From IMG/VR virus record IMGVR_UViG_3300029219_000144: a stretch of 62,402 nt of DNA, one strand, 5' to 3'. The translations under genes were made by a program, and so were the position numbers. The DNA comes from a virus. Lineage: Duplodnaviria; Heunggongvirae; Uroviricota; Caudoviricetes. Shown in pieces: positions 18,736-28,982 of this stretch; position 1 is the stretch's first letter, and every line of letters starts with the position of its first letter. The notes under the pieces were generated by a model. The model worked only from the letters and a program-made list of their open reading frames with translations, was not told the origin of the DNA and ran no database searches.

Positions 18736-19622
18736 CGGACATCATCATTAAACGCTACCGCCCTGAAGAGTTTCCGCGTCATCTGGACTTTCTGGAGCGA
18801 ATGACTGTTACAAAGGGAACTGTAGAGGACTGGCACGCTCTTAAGTCGCTTCACTACAAAACAGACGGCAAACCTTTCGCGCCAACTTACTATCGCTGCG
18901 AACTTGATGACCGTCTGGTGGGCGTCGTGGTTATGGCTTACCCGAAACTACTGTTGGCACCTCGCCACCGCATGTTTCCTAAGTTGAAACCAACCACTAA
19001 TACCACCGTGGCTAACCAGTACTGGGGTCGGTACGTGAATAACAACTTTGCGGTGATCAGTCGCTCAGTTGTGGATACTCAGTATCGTGGCGTAGGCGTC
19101 TCTTATCGAATGATTAACCTGGTTAGCAGGATGCATGACCGGCCAATCATTGAGATCCAGTCCTCGATGAGCAAATACAATCCCTTCGCCATGAAAGCAG
19201 GGTTTAAGTTCATCCGCCCTGAGCGACCGAAGAGCTATGAAAGTGCACTGCGTGTGTTCCAGCGCCATTTCCGCTCCGACCCGGGTGATAACGAGGCGAT
19301 CGTCAAAGAGTTGTTCGCTATGAGCGAGTCTCGTCGTCGCCGTGCGCTGCGCGATTTGGTGGCGGACTACCATAAGAACAGTTCCCTGGCAAAAGCTGGG
19401 CGGAATCGTGGCACGACGATTCAGGACATTGCCGACAGTCTGGTGGACGAGGCCAGCATTGTGAAGCTGCTCAAGGACATTCACAACCTGAGCTTTACGT
19501 CTCCGTTGTATGGTGTGTACCGAAACCCTGACTTTGGCCGTCGACTGCCTGACACGCTGCCACTGCTGGCATTCGACAAACAACCTTTGGATAAACCGTT
19601 AGAAATTGCTTTACCGGCATAA
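18732..19622 (+). CDS. GNAT-like acyltransferase-fold protein with a C-terminal extension (296 aa)
   Basis: Motif-A-like QYRGVGVSYRMINLV (Q/R-x-x-G-x-G/A) after a hydrophobic strand LVGVVVMAY; start overlaps the upstream stop. Confidence 0.45.
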   Translation: MTDIIIKRYRPEEFPRHLDFLERMTVTKGTVEDWHALKSLHYKTDGKPFAPTYYRCELDDRLVGVVVMAYPKLLLAPRHRMFPKLKPTTNTTVANQYWGRYVNNNFAVISRSVVDTQYRGVGVSYRMINLVSRMHDRPIIEIQSSMSKYNPFAMKAGFKFIRPERPKSYESALRVFQRHFRSDPGDNEAIVKELFAMSESRRRRALRDLVADYHKNSSLAKAGRNRGTTIQDIADSLVDEASIVKLLKDIHNLSFTSPLYGVYRNPDFGRRLPDTLPLLAFDKQPLDKPLEIALPA

Positions 19623-19631
19623 GGATTTGCC

Positions 19632-19898
19632 ATGACGTTAACCGACAAACAAAAGGACATCATCAAAACGCTCAATCTCGGTTATGAGCGAGGTCATCTA
19701 CTTGATCTGGACGAATTGCTTGAAGTTTTGCCGTACAAGACAACAAAGCAAAGTATCCAGTTCTCAATTCGCGCTCTGATAAAAAAGGGGCTGGTGGAGA
19801 AAGGGCATACGCGCCAACGCAGTGACAATCGCTATCACCGCCGGACTCTTGGGTTAACCACTTTAGGTCGAGCCAAAGCGAAGTTACTGGTGATGTAA
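19632..19898 (+). CDS. small winged-helix-like DNA-binding protein (88 aa)
   Basis: Region KTTKQSIQFSIRALIKKGLVEKGH resembles a recognition helix plus wing; last gene of the operon. Confidence 0.4.
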   Translation: MTLTDKQKDIIKTLNLGYERGHLLDLDELLEVLPYKTTKQSIQFSIRALIKKGLVEKGHTRQRSDNRYHRRTLGLTTLGRAKAKLLVM

Positions 19899-19922
19899 TC
19901 GGTCTGGGAGCTTATTTAAAGA

Positions 19923-19979
19923 CCTGCTTCCGTATATATAAATAATAAGTAACTTATTAAATATATATACGGAAGCAGG
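19923..19979. repeat. 57-bp near-perfect palindromic element (copy 1), CCTGCTTCCGTATATATA..TATATATACGGAAGCAGG
   Basis: 18-bp arms around an AT-rich palindromic core containing ATAAGTAACTTAT; second copy at 52280-52336. Confidence 0.65.
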
Positions 19980-20015
19980 CTTAGTAAGACATGCCAGACC
20001 TAATTAAACACCCCA

Positions 20016-20057
20016 GAAAACAAGTTGGTTAGCAGATGCAGTAAACAAGTTGTTTTA
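20016..20057. promoter_or_regulatory. Two adjacent operator-family palindromes (GAAAACAAGTTGGTT and TAAACAAGTTGTTTTA) upstream of terS
   Basis: Tandem copies about 45 nt before the ATG at 20096. Confidence 0.5.
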
Positions 20058-20095
20058 GAGCGCATGGACGCGCTCTGTGTGTTTTAGAGGGATCT

Positions 20096-20728
20096 ATGAC
20101 GGTCGAAAAAGACGAGGTAAAAACTCGCCTGACACCAGCGGAGTGGGCCGAAGCTGAAGCCAAATGGACGTCAGGCGAATATACACTCTCAAAGCTGGAG
20201 GAAGAGTACGGCATTCGTCGTGAAACACTCTCCAGACATTTCAAAAAGCGAGGATTAGAGAAAGGCGCGGACTCTGTTGGGAAGATGGTTCGTGAGTCTC
20301 TTAAATCTGACGCAGAGCTTCGCGCTAAAGCCCGTGCGGAAAAGATAGAAGAACGTCGTACACGTTATGACGGCTGGGCGTATGCGTTGGGGCAGATGGT
20401 GATGGTCGAAGTCACTACGGCCAAACGTGAGGGTAAGCCTTTAGGGGCGATTGAGGATTCTCTCAAGAGCTTACAGAGAGCCAGTAATACCCTTGCAAAA
20501 TGCTTTGAAGTTTCGTCCAAAGCATTGGGCATGGATCATGCGGAAAATGACGAGGAAGAAATTCCGAACCTGGTATTTGGTGAGCTTACGCCTTCCCAGG
20601 TGGCGAAATTACGTCAGGAAGACGACGAGCCTGAAATCATCGATGACGAATTGCTTGAGACGTTGGAAGAAGAAGCTCTAAGCGAATTTGATGCGACAGA
20701 TGATGGAATTGAAGGGGAGGACGAATAA
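20096..20728 (+). CDS. Terminase small subunit (predicted)
   Basis: 210-aa protein with an HTH-like N-terminus, acidic C-terminus, immediately upstream of terL. Confidence 0.55.
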   Translation: MTVEKDEVKTRLTPAEWAEAEAKWTSGEYTLSKLEEEYGIRRETLSRHFKKRGLEKGADSVGKMVRESLKSDAELRAKARAEKIEERRTRYDGWAYALGQMVMVEVTTAKREGKPLGAIEDSLKSLQRASNTLAKCFEVSSKALGMDHAENDEEEIPNLVFGELTPSQVAKLRQEDDEPEIIDDELLETLEEEALSEFDATDDGIEGEDE

Positions 20729-21984
20729 TGGCAATCCCGTCCTCGCTCAGTCTTGTGCAACTGCATTCTGGACAGATGAAAGTCTTCCAGTCTCCGCATC
20801 GATTTAAAGTTGTTTGTGCTGGTCGACGCTGGGGAAAATCCCGGTTGTCGATCTCCACTATTATTCGTGCGGCGGCAAAGGAAAAAAAGCAAAGAGTCTG
20901 GTATGTCGCTCCTACTTACCAGATGGCTCGCCAGATTTTGTGGGACGATCTACAGGAAGTTCTGCCTCGTAAGTGGGTTAGGAAAAAGAACGACACCACG
21001 ATGACAATCGTGTTGAAGAACGGTTCGGAGATCGCCCTCAAAGGTGCTGATAAGCCTGACACTCTGCGCGGCGTAGCGTTGCATTTTGTAGTGCTTGATG
21101 AATTTCAGGATATGAAGGCTGACACCTGGTACAAGGTGTTACGACCTACTCTTTCATCGACACGCGGCGGTGCACTGATCATTGGTACGCCAAAAGGCTT
21201 CTCGGAATTTCACAAACTGTGGACTATAGGCCAGAACGTAGAGCTGCAAAGAAAGGGACAGTGGAAGAGCTGGCAGTTTGTAACTGCCGATTCTCCGTTT
21301 GTACCTACGGCGGAAATTGAAGCTGCTAAGAACGATATGGACCCGAAATCGTTCGCTCAGGAGTACCTGGCGAGCTTTGAGAACATGTCCGGGCGCGTTT
21401 ACTACCCGTTCGATCGTAACGTGCATGTAAAACCGCTTCAGTTCAACCCTCGGTTGCCTATATGGGTAGGGCAGGACTTCAACATTGACCCGATGTCTTC
21501 AGTAATTTTGCAACCTCAGCCAAATGGTGAGCTATGGGCAATTGATGAATTGGTGCTCTTTTCCTCTAACACGGCAGAGGTTTGTGATGAGCTTGAGAGA
21601 CGCTTCTGGCGCTGGAAATCACAGATAACGGTATTTCCAGATCCGGCAGGTGCTTATCGCCAACATGCTCGCGGGGAGTCTGACGTCGACATATTCAAAG
21701 AGAAGGGATTCTTACGTGTCGATTATTCGAAAAAGCACCCGCCAATTGCGGATCGTGTTAATGCTGTTAACCGAATGCTGATGACCGCATCTGGAGATAT
21801 CCGGCTGTATATCGATCCGAAGTGCAAGCATTTGATTGATTCACTGGAAAAAGTCATCTACAAGCCTGGAACACGAGATATGGATAAGACAGGTGGCATT
21901 GAGCATAGTGCAGACGCATTGGGCTATCCAGTACATCGTAGGTATCCAGTCAAAAACCGTGTTATTCTTGGTGGTTCTCGATAG
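20728..21984 (+). CDS. Terminase large subunit
   Basis: Walker A-like CAGRRWGKS, Walker B VVLDEF, C-terminal nuclease-like region; followed by the portal gene. Confidence 0.75.
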   Translation: MAIPSSLSLVQLHSGQMKVFQSPHRFKVVCAGRRWGKSRLSISTIIRAAAKEKKQRVWYVAPTYQMARQILWDDLQEVLPRKWVRKKNDTTMTIVLKNGSEIALKGADKPDTLRGVALHFVVLDEFQDMKADTWYKVLRPTLSSTRGGALIIGTPKGFSEFHKLWTIGQNVELQRKGQWKSWQFVTADSPFVPTAEIEAAKNDMDPKSFAQEYLASFENMSGRVYYPFDRNVHVKPLQFNPRLPIWVGQDFNIDPMSSVILQPQPNGELWAIDELVLFSSNTAEVCDELERRFWRWKSQITVFPDPAGAYRQHARGESDVDIFKEKGFLRVDYSKKHPPIADRVNAVNRMLMTASGDIRLYIDPKCKHLIDSLEKVIYKPGTRDMDKTGGIEHSADALGYPVHRRYPVKNRVILGGSR

Positions 21985-22010
21985 GTAAGTAATTATCTAA
22001 GGTTATTCAA

Positions 22011-23585
22011 ATGGAATTGAACGACAAACAAATTAAGGATCTGGTGGCGCGACGCCACCCGGAATACGAAAAGAAAAAAGAACATTGGGACTTCCTCGCC
22101 AGCACTTACGCTGGCGGGCGTGGTTGGTTTACAGACAATATCTTTCGTTACTTTAAAGAGGGAGATCAGGAGTTTAAGGAGCGAGTTGAACGTGCTTATC
22201 GCTTCAACCACACTCGTGAGGTGGTAAACCTCATCAACAAATATCTCTTTAAAGAAGACATTCATAGAAATATCGAAGAGGCACCAGAGCAGATCCGCAA
22301 TTTCTGGAAACGTGCGACTCGCCAGAATGCCTCTATTGACTCATTTATGGCCGCTATTGATTTGCAGTCGTCTATTTACGGTCGCATATGGGTTGTTGTC
22401 GATAGCACGATGAGTGGTGATGTTGAGTCAGTAGCTGACGAGAAAAAGAAAGATGCTCGCGCCTACGCCTACTGGATTTCACCTCAGCAAATGCTGGATG
22501 TGGCATGGGACGACGACGGGAATATGTTGTGGGCGTTAATTGTGGAAGTCGCTCGTGATGACGCAGATCCTTTTACTTCTACAGGTCAGGAATACCAACG
22601 TTATCGTCTGTGGACACAAAACGAGTGGTATCTGTTCCGTGAGGAAGTGAAGAAGGGCGCTGGTGGAGCAGGTCGCCGTCAGGCAAAAGTTATTTTAGAG
22701 GATAGCGGTGAGCATAATCTCGGCGTAGTTCCTGTGTTTCCTGTTGATTGTATTGGAGAAAGTGAATCACCGTATTTCAGCCCATCGTTGATCGATGATA
22801 TCGCTTATCTTGATCGTGCGGTTGCAAACTATCTGTCAAACCTTGATGCCATTATTCAGGATCAGACATTTAGCCAGTTGGCTATACCGGTACAGTCGCT
22901 TTTACCTGGTGATGAAAACCACACTAAAGTGCTTGAAATGGGCACAAAGCGAGTCTTCACCTACGATTCTGAAGGTGGAAACCAGCCGTTTTATCTGTCA
23001 CCAGACCCGAAACAAGCTCAGATGATCATCACTACGATTAAGACGGTGATTAACGAAATCTACCATTCAGTTGGTGTAGCTGGTGAGCGAACGAAGCAGG
23101 ACAACGCACAGGGAATCGATAATTCATCTGGTGCCGCAAAAATGTATGACTTCCAGCGTGTAAATAGCTTGCTTGTCACAAAAGCAGAGCGTCTGGAAAG
23201 GGCTGAACGCCAAATCATGCTACTGGTTGCGAAATGGATGGGGGTAGATCTGGACGAAGATCACTCTTTAATTGCGTATCCAGAAAGTTTCGATATTCGT
23301 GGCCTTACTGATGAATTTTCTGTTGCCGAGAAACTGTCATTACTTCAGGCACCGGACTCTGTACGTCGTCACCAGATGGAAATGCTTATTGAGAAGATTT
23401 TCCCGAACATTACTGAGGCGATGAAAAAGGAATTTGATAAAGATCTCTTGAATTTTCCTCCAAAAAATGATCTAAATACCCTTGAAAATAAGTCGGTACT
23501 TACTTATGATCGTGGTGCAGCCCAAGAAAGCGGGCAAGATCAACCCCGAGGGAATGGGGACTCATCTACTCAAGAGAACGAGTGA
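22011..23585 (+). CDS. Portal protein
   Basis: 524-aa ORF directly after terL and before the scaffold and capsid genes. Confidence 0.7.
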   Translation: MELNDKQIKDLVARRHPEYEKKKEHWDFLASTYAGGRGWFTDNIFRYFKEGDQEFKERVERAYRFNHTREVVNLINKYLFKEDIHRNIEEAPEQIRNFWKRATRQNASIDSFMAAIDLQSSIYGRIWVVVDSTMSGDVESVADEKKKDARAYAYWISPQQMLDVAWDDDGNMLWALIVEVARDDADPFTSTGQEYQRYRLWTQNEWYLFREEVKKGAGGAGRRQAKVILEDSGEHNLGVVPVFPVDCIGESESPYFSPSLIDDIAYLDRAVANYLSNLDAIIQDQTFSQLAIPVQSLLPGDENHTKVLEMGTKRVFTYDSEGGNQPFYLSPDPKQAQMIITTIKTVINEIYHSVGVAGERTKQDNAQGIDNSSGAAKMYDFQRVNSLLVTKAERLERAERQIMLLVAKWMGVDLDEDHSLIAYPESFDIRGLTDEFSVAEKLSLLQAPDSVRRHQMEMLIEKIFPNITEAMKKEFDKDLLNFPPKNDLNTLENKSVLTYDRGAAQESGQDQPRGNGDSSTQENE

Positions 23586-23606
23586 TAAGTAACAAAAGGA
23601 ATTTTT

Positions 23607-24494
23607 ATGAATCTGTGGCAAATGCTTTTGGCCCGTCGTGGTCTGATGGATGTCGCTGAAGCGCATGAGCGTGGAGGCGCTGGCGGTGTAGCTGCTGATA
23701 ATGAGCAGAGTACACAAGATCCTGACAAACAGGGTGAACAAAAAGAGCAGCCGAAGGGCGATGACGAATACGCTGGCATGACTCAGGAAGAGTTACTGGC
23801 CGAACTTCGTAAAACCAAGAAAGCTGGTGCTGAACTGCTGAAGGAGAACATGAAGCGCAAAGAGAAAGAGCGCACATTGGCCGATCAGCTTGCTCAGTAC
23901 GGTGATATCGATCCGGCTCGTGCTCGCCAGCTTTTAGAAGCTGAACAGGCCGCAGAAAACGCACGTCGTGAGGCGGAGCAAGCTGAACTGGAGCGTCGTG
24001 GTGAGTTCGATGCTGTTAAAAAACAGATGATCGAAGCACACCAGGCAGAGCTGGCACAGCGTGACGAACGTTATGCAGCACTGGAAAGTGAAAACGCATC
24101 ACTGAAATCTCAATTAGTCGAGATGACCGTGGGCGCTTCCTTCAGTAACTCTCTCTTCCTACGTGACAAAGTTCTGATGACCCCGGCAAAAGCCCGCGTG
24201 ATCTACGGTTCTCATTTTGAAGTGGGTGAAGACGGTAGCGTAGTGGGTTATGACAAACCGGCAGGTCACAAAGAACGAGCTGTTCTGGTTGACGGTGAAG
24301 GTAAGCCGTTGCCGTTTGAATCCGCGATTGAACGCATTGTGCGGGCAGATCCGGAAGCTGACGCATTGATGCGTAGCGAAGCCAAGCAGGGTGTAGGCTC
24401 ACATTCCAAATCGACCTACACAATATCCCAACCGAAGAACAAGTCGACTATGGATAAGTTGGCCTCCGGTCTGGGGAAAATTGGACTTAAGTAA
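23607..24494 (+). CDS. Scaffolding protein
   Basis: Charged, coiled-coil-rich 295-aa protein between portal and capsid genes. Confidence 0.6.
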   Translation: MNLWQMLLARRGLMDVAEAHERGGAGGVAADNEQSTQDPDKQGEQKEQPKGDDEYAGMTQEELLAELRKTKKAGAELLKENMKRKEKERTLADQLAQYGDIDPARARQLLEAEQAAENARREAEQAELERRGEFDAVKKQMIEAHQAELAQRDERYAALESENASLKSQLVEMTVGASFSNSLFLRDKVLMTPAKARVIYGSHFEVGEDGSVVGYDKPAGHKERAVLVDGEGKPLPFESAIERIVRADPEADALMRSEAKQGVGSHSKSTYTISQPKNKSTMDKLASGLGKIGLK

Positions 24495-24519
24495 CATCTA
24501 AATCAAAGGGAATTGATAG

Positions 24520-25395
24520 ATGCCATTACTGCGTGAAGAAGCTGAAAAGCTGTCTAACAACGAACTTGAACAGGGTGTGATCGAAACTATCATCGATCGC
24601 GATGACCTGTTTGCCATCCTGCCTTTTATGAAAATTAATTCAAAGGCATATCTGTACAACCGTGAAAAAACGCTGAGTGAAGCTACCTTCATCGACGTTA
24701 ACGACACCATCCCTGAAGGTGCAGCAACCTTCGAAGAATGCGTTGCGAAACTGCGTATTCTGGCTGGTGACGTAGACGTTGATAAATTCCTGGCGACCAC
24801 TATGGCCGACACCAACAACCAGTTGGCTATTCAGGTTCGTCAGAAAGTTAAAGGTCTGGCTCGTGCGTTCCGTCGCAACCTGATTTTGGGTGACTCCAGC
24901 TCCAACAACAAGGCGTTTGACGGCATTCCACGCCTGATGCACGCAGATCAGAAGATCGATATCGCCGGTGCATCTATGACTTTCTCTATGTTCGACGAAC
25001 TGGTCGATGCGGTGAAAGATCTTGGTGCTGACTGCATCATGATGCGTTCAGAGCACCTGCGTGCTTACCGTGCGCTGCTGCGTACAGTAAACGTAGGTCC
25101 GTCTGAAATCATGATGGAGAACTTCGGTCGTCCGATGCTGTGTCATAACGGCGTTCCGTTCATCATCAACGACTTCATCCCGACCGATGCTGGCAAAGCA
25201 AGCATCTACTGCCTGCATCTGTCAGAAGAGAACGGCGTTACTGGTCTGTATGGCGGCGACAACGCAGGTATCGTTGTTGAAAACATTGGTACTGTACAGA
25301 ACAAAGACGCAGTACGTACCCGTGTGAAGTGGTACTGCTCTCTGGCGAATAAGCACGATAAGGCTATCGCTGCACTGACCAATGTAAAAATTTAA
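24520..25395 (+). CDS. Major capsid protein (predicted)
   Basis: 291-aa ORF following the scaffold gene, followed by a strong terminator. Confidence 0.6.
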   Translation: MPLLREEAEKLSNNELEQGVIETIIDRDDLFAILPFMKINSKAYLYNREKTLSEATFIDVNDTIPEGAATFEECVAKLRILAGDVDVDKFLATTMADTNNQLAIQVRQKVKGLARAFRRNLILGDSSSNNKAFDGIPRLMHADQKIDIAGASMTFSMFDELVDAVKDLGADCIMMRSEHLRAYRALLRTVNVGPSEIMMENFGRPMLCHNGVPFIINDFIPTDAGKASIYCLHLSEENGVTGLYGGDNAGIVVENIGTVQNKDAVRTRVKWYCSLANKHDKAIAALTNVKI

Positions 25396-25429
25396 TCAGT
25401 GTGGTAGATAGGTAGTTATCTATGTTAAA

Positions 25430-25456
25430 GGGTGGGCTATACGCCCACCCTTTTTG
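25430..25456 (+). terminator. Rho-independent terminator after the capsid gene
   Basis: GGGTGGGC tatac GCCCACCC followed by TTTTT. Confidence 0.75.
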
Positions 25457-25468
25457 TAGGAGCGAGAA

Positions 25469-26389
25469 ATGCCAGAACAAAAGATGAAGATTACGGAAGA
25501 GGCATTTTCGGATTTTACGGGGCATATGTGCCGTGCCGGATTTACCAATTCTATCTCCGATGAACCTTTAACCGAGCGGCAACAAAGTCAGCTATCTGCT
25601 TGTTTGCAGGCGGTTCCCCTCTCCCAATCCGTAAACATAACCCCGGCTTCACCGTCAGTTTTGGTTGGGAAAACTGTTCAACTTAGTGCAGGTATTAGTA
25701 TGGGTAAGAGTGCCAGTTCATTCACCTGGAAGTCAGCCAATGACCAAATTGCAACCGTTAACGGCACTGGATTAGTAACTGGCGTAGCACCAGGCAAAGT
25801 AAAAATTACTGCAACTGATCAGGAAACCCAGCTTTCCGCTTCAGTGGAAGTCACCGTAAATCCGGTAGCCGTTCAATCCGTAACGGTAACGCCAGAATCA
25901 ACGTCTGTTGAGAAAGGGAAATCAGTCAGTCTGAAAGCGAATGTTCAGCCGTCAAATGCGACGAATAAGGCTGTTGCCTGGTCTTCCAAAAATGAAGATA
26001 AGGCAACGGTAGACCAGAGCGGGAACGTTACTGGTGTAGAAGTTGGCACTGCGACGATTGAGATCGTTTCCCAAGATGGCAGCAAAAAGGGAACTGCAAC
26101 GGTGGAAGTAACTGCGCCTGTTGTGGCTGTTACCGGCGTCGAAATCGACCCAAATAGCACAACCGTTGAGGCAAACAAAACTGTTCAGCTGACCGCAAAT
26201 GTCGAGCCGGCAGGAGCAACAAATAAAACCGTTACTTGGGAATCCAAAAATACCGAGTTTGCAACGGTGGATAGCGAAACCGGTGTTGTAACTGGCGTTG
26301 CGGCTGGTACTGCCACAATCGAGGTTACTACCCAAGATGGTAGCCACAAAGCGACAGCGACCGTAGAAGTCACTGCTGCACAGGAATAA
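25469..26389 (+). CDS. Ig-like (Big_2-type) repeat protein, probable head decoration protein
   Basis: Three repeats of the pattern VTV.P.S..V..GK.VQL.A.V.P..ATNK.V.W.S.....ATVD..G.VTGV..G.ATI typical of bacterial Ig-like domains. Confidence 0.6.
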   Translation: MPEQKMKITEEAFSDFTGHMCRAGFTNSISDEPLTERQQSQLSACLQAVPLSQSVNITPASPSVLVGKTVQLSAGISMGKSASSFTWKSANDQIATVNGTGLVTGVAPGKVKITATDQETQLSASVEVTVNPVAVQSVTVTPESTSVEKGKSVSLKANVQPSNATNKAVAWSSKNEDKATVDQSGNVTGVEVGTATIEIVSQDGSKKGTATVEVTAPVVAVTGVEIDPNSTTVEANKTVQLTANVEPAGATNKTVTWESKNTEFATVDSETGVVTGVAAGTATIEVTTQDGSHKATATVEVTAAQE

Positions 26390-26433
26390 TCAATATTGGG
26401 CGGCGAAAGCCGCCCATGTAGAGAGAATGCGTT

Positions 26434-26868
26434 ATGAAACCAGCAAAAATTGTTTTATTAGAACCGCAATTTTCCGGTTATTCGGGAATGTTGTGCGGCG
26501 TTCAGTTCGAGAACGGGGTGTCCGTAGCGGAGTTGCCTTTTATCGATCAGCAAAGGATTTGTGCCTCAATGCGAGCATCAACAGTCGAGGGCAAAAATGT
26601 TTCTCCGTCTGCCGCATACAGTGATCGTGGCGAGTTGACCGCAGACCTGATTACCGAGCCAGCAGCACCTGACATTGTGCCAATGAAACGTGGGACACCA
26701 GATGAACCGGCCAAACAGATCCAGACTTTCACACGAGAAGAGTTGGAGTCAATTGCAGACAATGAAGGCATTGCCGGTCTACGTGTGATTGGTAATCAGG
26801 TTGGTGTCAAAGCGAAAGGAATTGTCGAGATGATTGAAGGCATCCTGAAAGCACAAGGCGGTGAGTAA
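26434..26868 (+). CDS. hypothetical head-associated protein (144 aa)
   Basis: ORF in the head-to-tail gene block. Confidence 0.5.
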   Translation: MKPAKIVLLEPQFSGYSGMLCGVQFENGVSVAELPFIDQQRICASMRASTVEGKNVSPSAAYSDRGELTADLITEPAAPDIVPMKRGTPDEPAKQIQTFTREELESIADNEGIAGLRVIGNQVGVKAKGIVEMIEGILKAQGGE

Positions 26869-27701
26869 TGGCGCAGATCGACTCGTATCGTAGCGGTGAA
26901 GCTGTTTCCCTTTCATTTGCCTTCAACGTGCTGGATATCGAATCTGCTACCTACACAGTAAAGGACAGCACCGGGGCTATTCTCGTTGATGGCGAGCCGC
27001 TAGAAATTACCAGCGGTCAAATGTCGATTCCGGTTGTCGTGTCGGCTGAATATAACCAGCTCTCTGAGAAAGAACGCGATCTGCGGTACGTCATTGTGAA
27101 GGCTGTTGCATCGGGTCTGACGCATGAAGAGCGGCAAATGTATGTTCTGCTGAATAGTTTTGAACTGTCGATACCAGAACAGTCGTTTGCAACTGTCGCT
27201 GATGCTCAAATGCAGGCGATCGATATGCTGAATGGGGACACTTTGCTGTCGGATGGTGAAGGCTTAATGCGCAAGCGTCTCATTGAGGCTACCAGACGAA
27301 TTAAAACTTTACCGTTCTCAATCCGCAAAATTCTACGTATCGACTTTGACCGATACGATCGCCCTCAAAATATGCTGAATGTGTATGACATTCCGTGGGG
27401 AGCAGATGGAGCGTACCGGCATGATTTAGTCGATTGGGAAAAGATGACGCAGGAGAAGTTTGAAGAGTTCCCTGACTACTTCAAAGAAGCGTTGATGCTT
27501 GCCGTTGTCAACGAAGCGTGTGAGATCGCAAATGGCAATGATGTTGCCGCAGCACGAGAGGATGGCATTTTGTCAGAGTCAATCGGTGAAACAACCAACA
27601 TGTACCGTACCGGTAAAGCTGCAAACGTGCATGTGGCTCGCAGTACCTGGCGCTTGCTGGTCAGTTACATCAACAACCGTATGATTGTTCGCCGTGCGTA
27701 A
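26868..27701 (+). CDS. hypothetical head-associated protein (277 aa)
   Basis: Start overlaps the upstream stop. Confidence 0.5.
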   Translation: MAQIDSYRSGEAVSLSFAFNVLDIESATYTVKDSTGAILVDGEPLEITSGQMSIPVVVSAEYNQLSEKERDLRYVIVKAVASGLTHEERQMYVLLNSFELSIPEQSFATVADAQMQAIDMLNGDTLLSDGEGLMRKRLIEATRRIKTLPFSIRKILRIDFDRYDRPQNMLNVYDIPWGADGAYRHDLVDWEKMTQEKFEEFPDYFKEALMLAVVNEACEIANGNDVAAAREDGILSESIGETTNMYRTGKAANVHVARSTWRLLVSYINNRMIVRRA

Positions 27702-27780
27702 CGCCAGTCGCATTATTTACTTTTGGTCGAAAGGGTTTTTGGCCAGTAATGAGAGCGACCGACAACAACAGAGAGAGAGC

Positions 27781-28125
27781 ATGAATATTTCGTGGCAAAC
27801 AGAAATTGCGATCTACCGCTTTGGCGCAAAGAACGTTTACGGCGAGGCGCAATTACAATTCGTCAGGAAGACGAATGTCGGCGTGGTTAAGTTCGAACAG
27901 AGTAATGAGAAATCGTCAGTTCGTGCTGATAGCTCTGGTAGTCGTGGTAAGGCGAGTCTGGAGCTGTTTGATGCTGTGTTAGTTGTCCCTTTAGAAGCGG
28001 CTGTACAACTTGATGATGTGCTGATCCTTGAAGGTCAAAAATTAAAGGTGTCCAGTGTTCATCGCCGTTGGGGGCTACGAGGAAGACCTGGGCATCTTGA
28101 AGTGGGGGCGAATATATGGGTCTGA
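27781..28125 (+). CDS. putative head-tail connector protein (114 aa)
   Basis: Start MNISWQTEI with a GAGAGAG RBS-like stretch; position between head and tail genes. Confidence 0.45.
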   Translation: MNISWQTEIAIYRFGAKNVYGEAQLQFVRKTNVGVVKFEQSNEKSSVRADSSGSRGKASLELFDAVLVVPLEAAVQLDDVLILEGQKLKVSSVHRRWGLRGRPGHLEVGANIWV

Positions 28126-28589
28126 AATACGATGCGCATCAGTTCAAACGTGCGGGGAATAGACTCAATAACAGCCAGAAAGCATTTAAGCGATATCTTA
28201 TTCGGGACATGGAAAAGCTGGCGCGTTTGGTTGAGCGTCTCAGCCGTGCAATGGCCCCGCTGGAAACCGGATCTCTGGAGACAGCCATCTTTGCCAGGGT
28301 GATTAAAGAAGGTTATTCAGGGCTGCGCATTGAGCTTTCTGTGTCTGGAGCAAAACCACGTCAGGGGCATCCGGGCGTAGAAGTCGGTGACTATGCTAAG
28401 TACATGGAGCTGGGTAAATACCGACTCGGTTATCTTTCTCGAATGAAGAACGTGACAAACCCACCAATTGCCGGTGTTAAACCTCGTGTTGGGCCACACT
28501 TTCTGGAAAGAGCGGTGGAAATTAGCGAGAAGCAGTTCTCAGAAGCGATTCTTGAGGCTGCCAGAAAAGCCGGTTTTACGAGAGGTTAA
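28116..28589 (+). CDS. putative head-tail joining protein (157 aa)
   Basis: ORF overlapping the upstream gene by 10 nt. Confidence 0.45.
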   Translation: MGLKYDAHQFKRAGNRLNNSQKAFKRYLIRDMEKLARLVERLSRAMAPLETGSLETAIFARVIKEGYSGLRIELSVSGAKPRQGHPGVEVGDYAKYMELGKYRLGYLSRMKNVTNPPIAGVKPRVGPHFLERAVEISEKQFSEAILEAARKAGFTRG

Positions 28590-28590
28590 T

Positions 28591-28974
28591 GTGTTTATTG
28601 AAGCGTTTGCAAGTTTGATGCAGAAGGCAAAGATTGGCACGGTCGGGACTGACATTTTCTGTCACTACTTGCCTGCCAATGTGAAATCTGGCGTCCTGCT
28701 TATTAACCCAAATACCGGTATCAGCATCGATCATGAGCTACAGGGCTTTTACCACGAATCATTCACAATAATTGTGCGTGGTTCGTCAATTACTACGACG
28801 GTTGAGAAAGCCAATAAAATCATTGAGATGTTTCCAGTAGAGGAAACGGAATCTGGTGGTGTTTATTTTCGACTGGTACGACCGATGGCGATGCCAATCA
28901 TTTATCCCAAAAATGATGGAGCATTAATAGAAGCAGGCATTCCTGTTGAATTTGCTGGCTATTTATTGAATTAA
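28591..28974 (+). CDS. putative tail completion/neck protein (127 aa, GTG start)
   Basis: GTG with GAGAGG RBS 5 nt upstream, in frame with track ORF 28468-28974. Confidence 0.4.
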   Translation: MFIEAFASLMQKAKIGTVGTDIFCHYLPANVKSGVLLINPNTGISIDHELQGFYHESFTIIVRGSSITTTVEKANKIIEMFPVEETESGGVYFRLVRPMAMPIIYPKNDGALIEAGIPVEFAGYLLN

Positions 28975-28982
28975 GTCAATCG

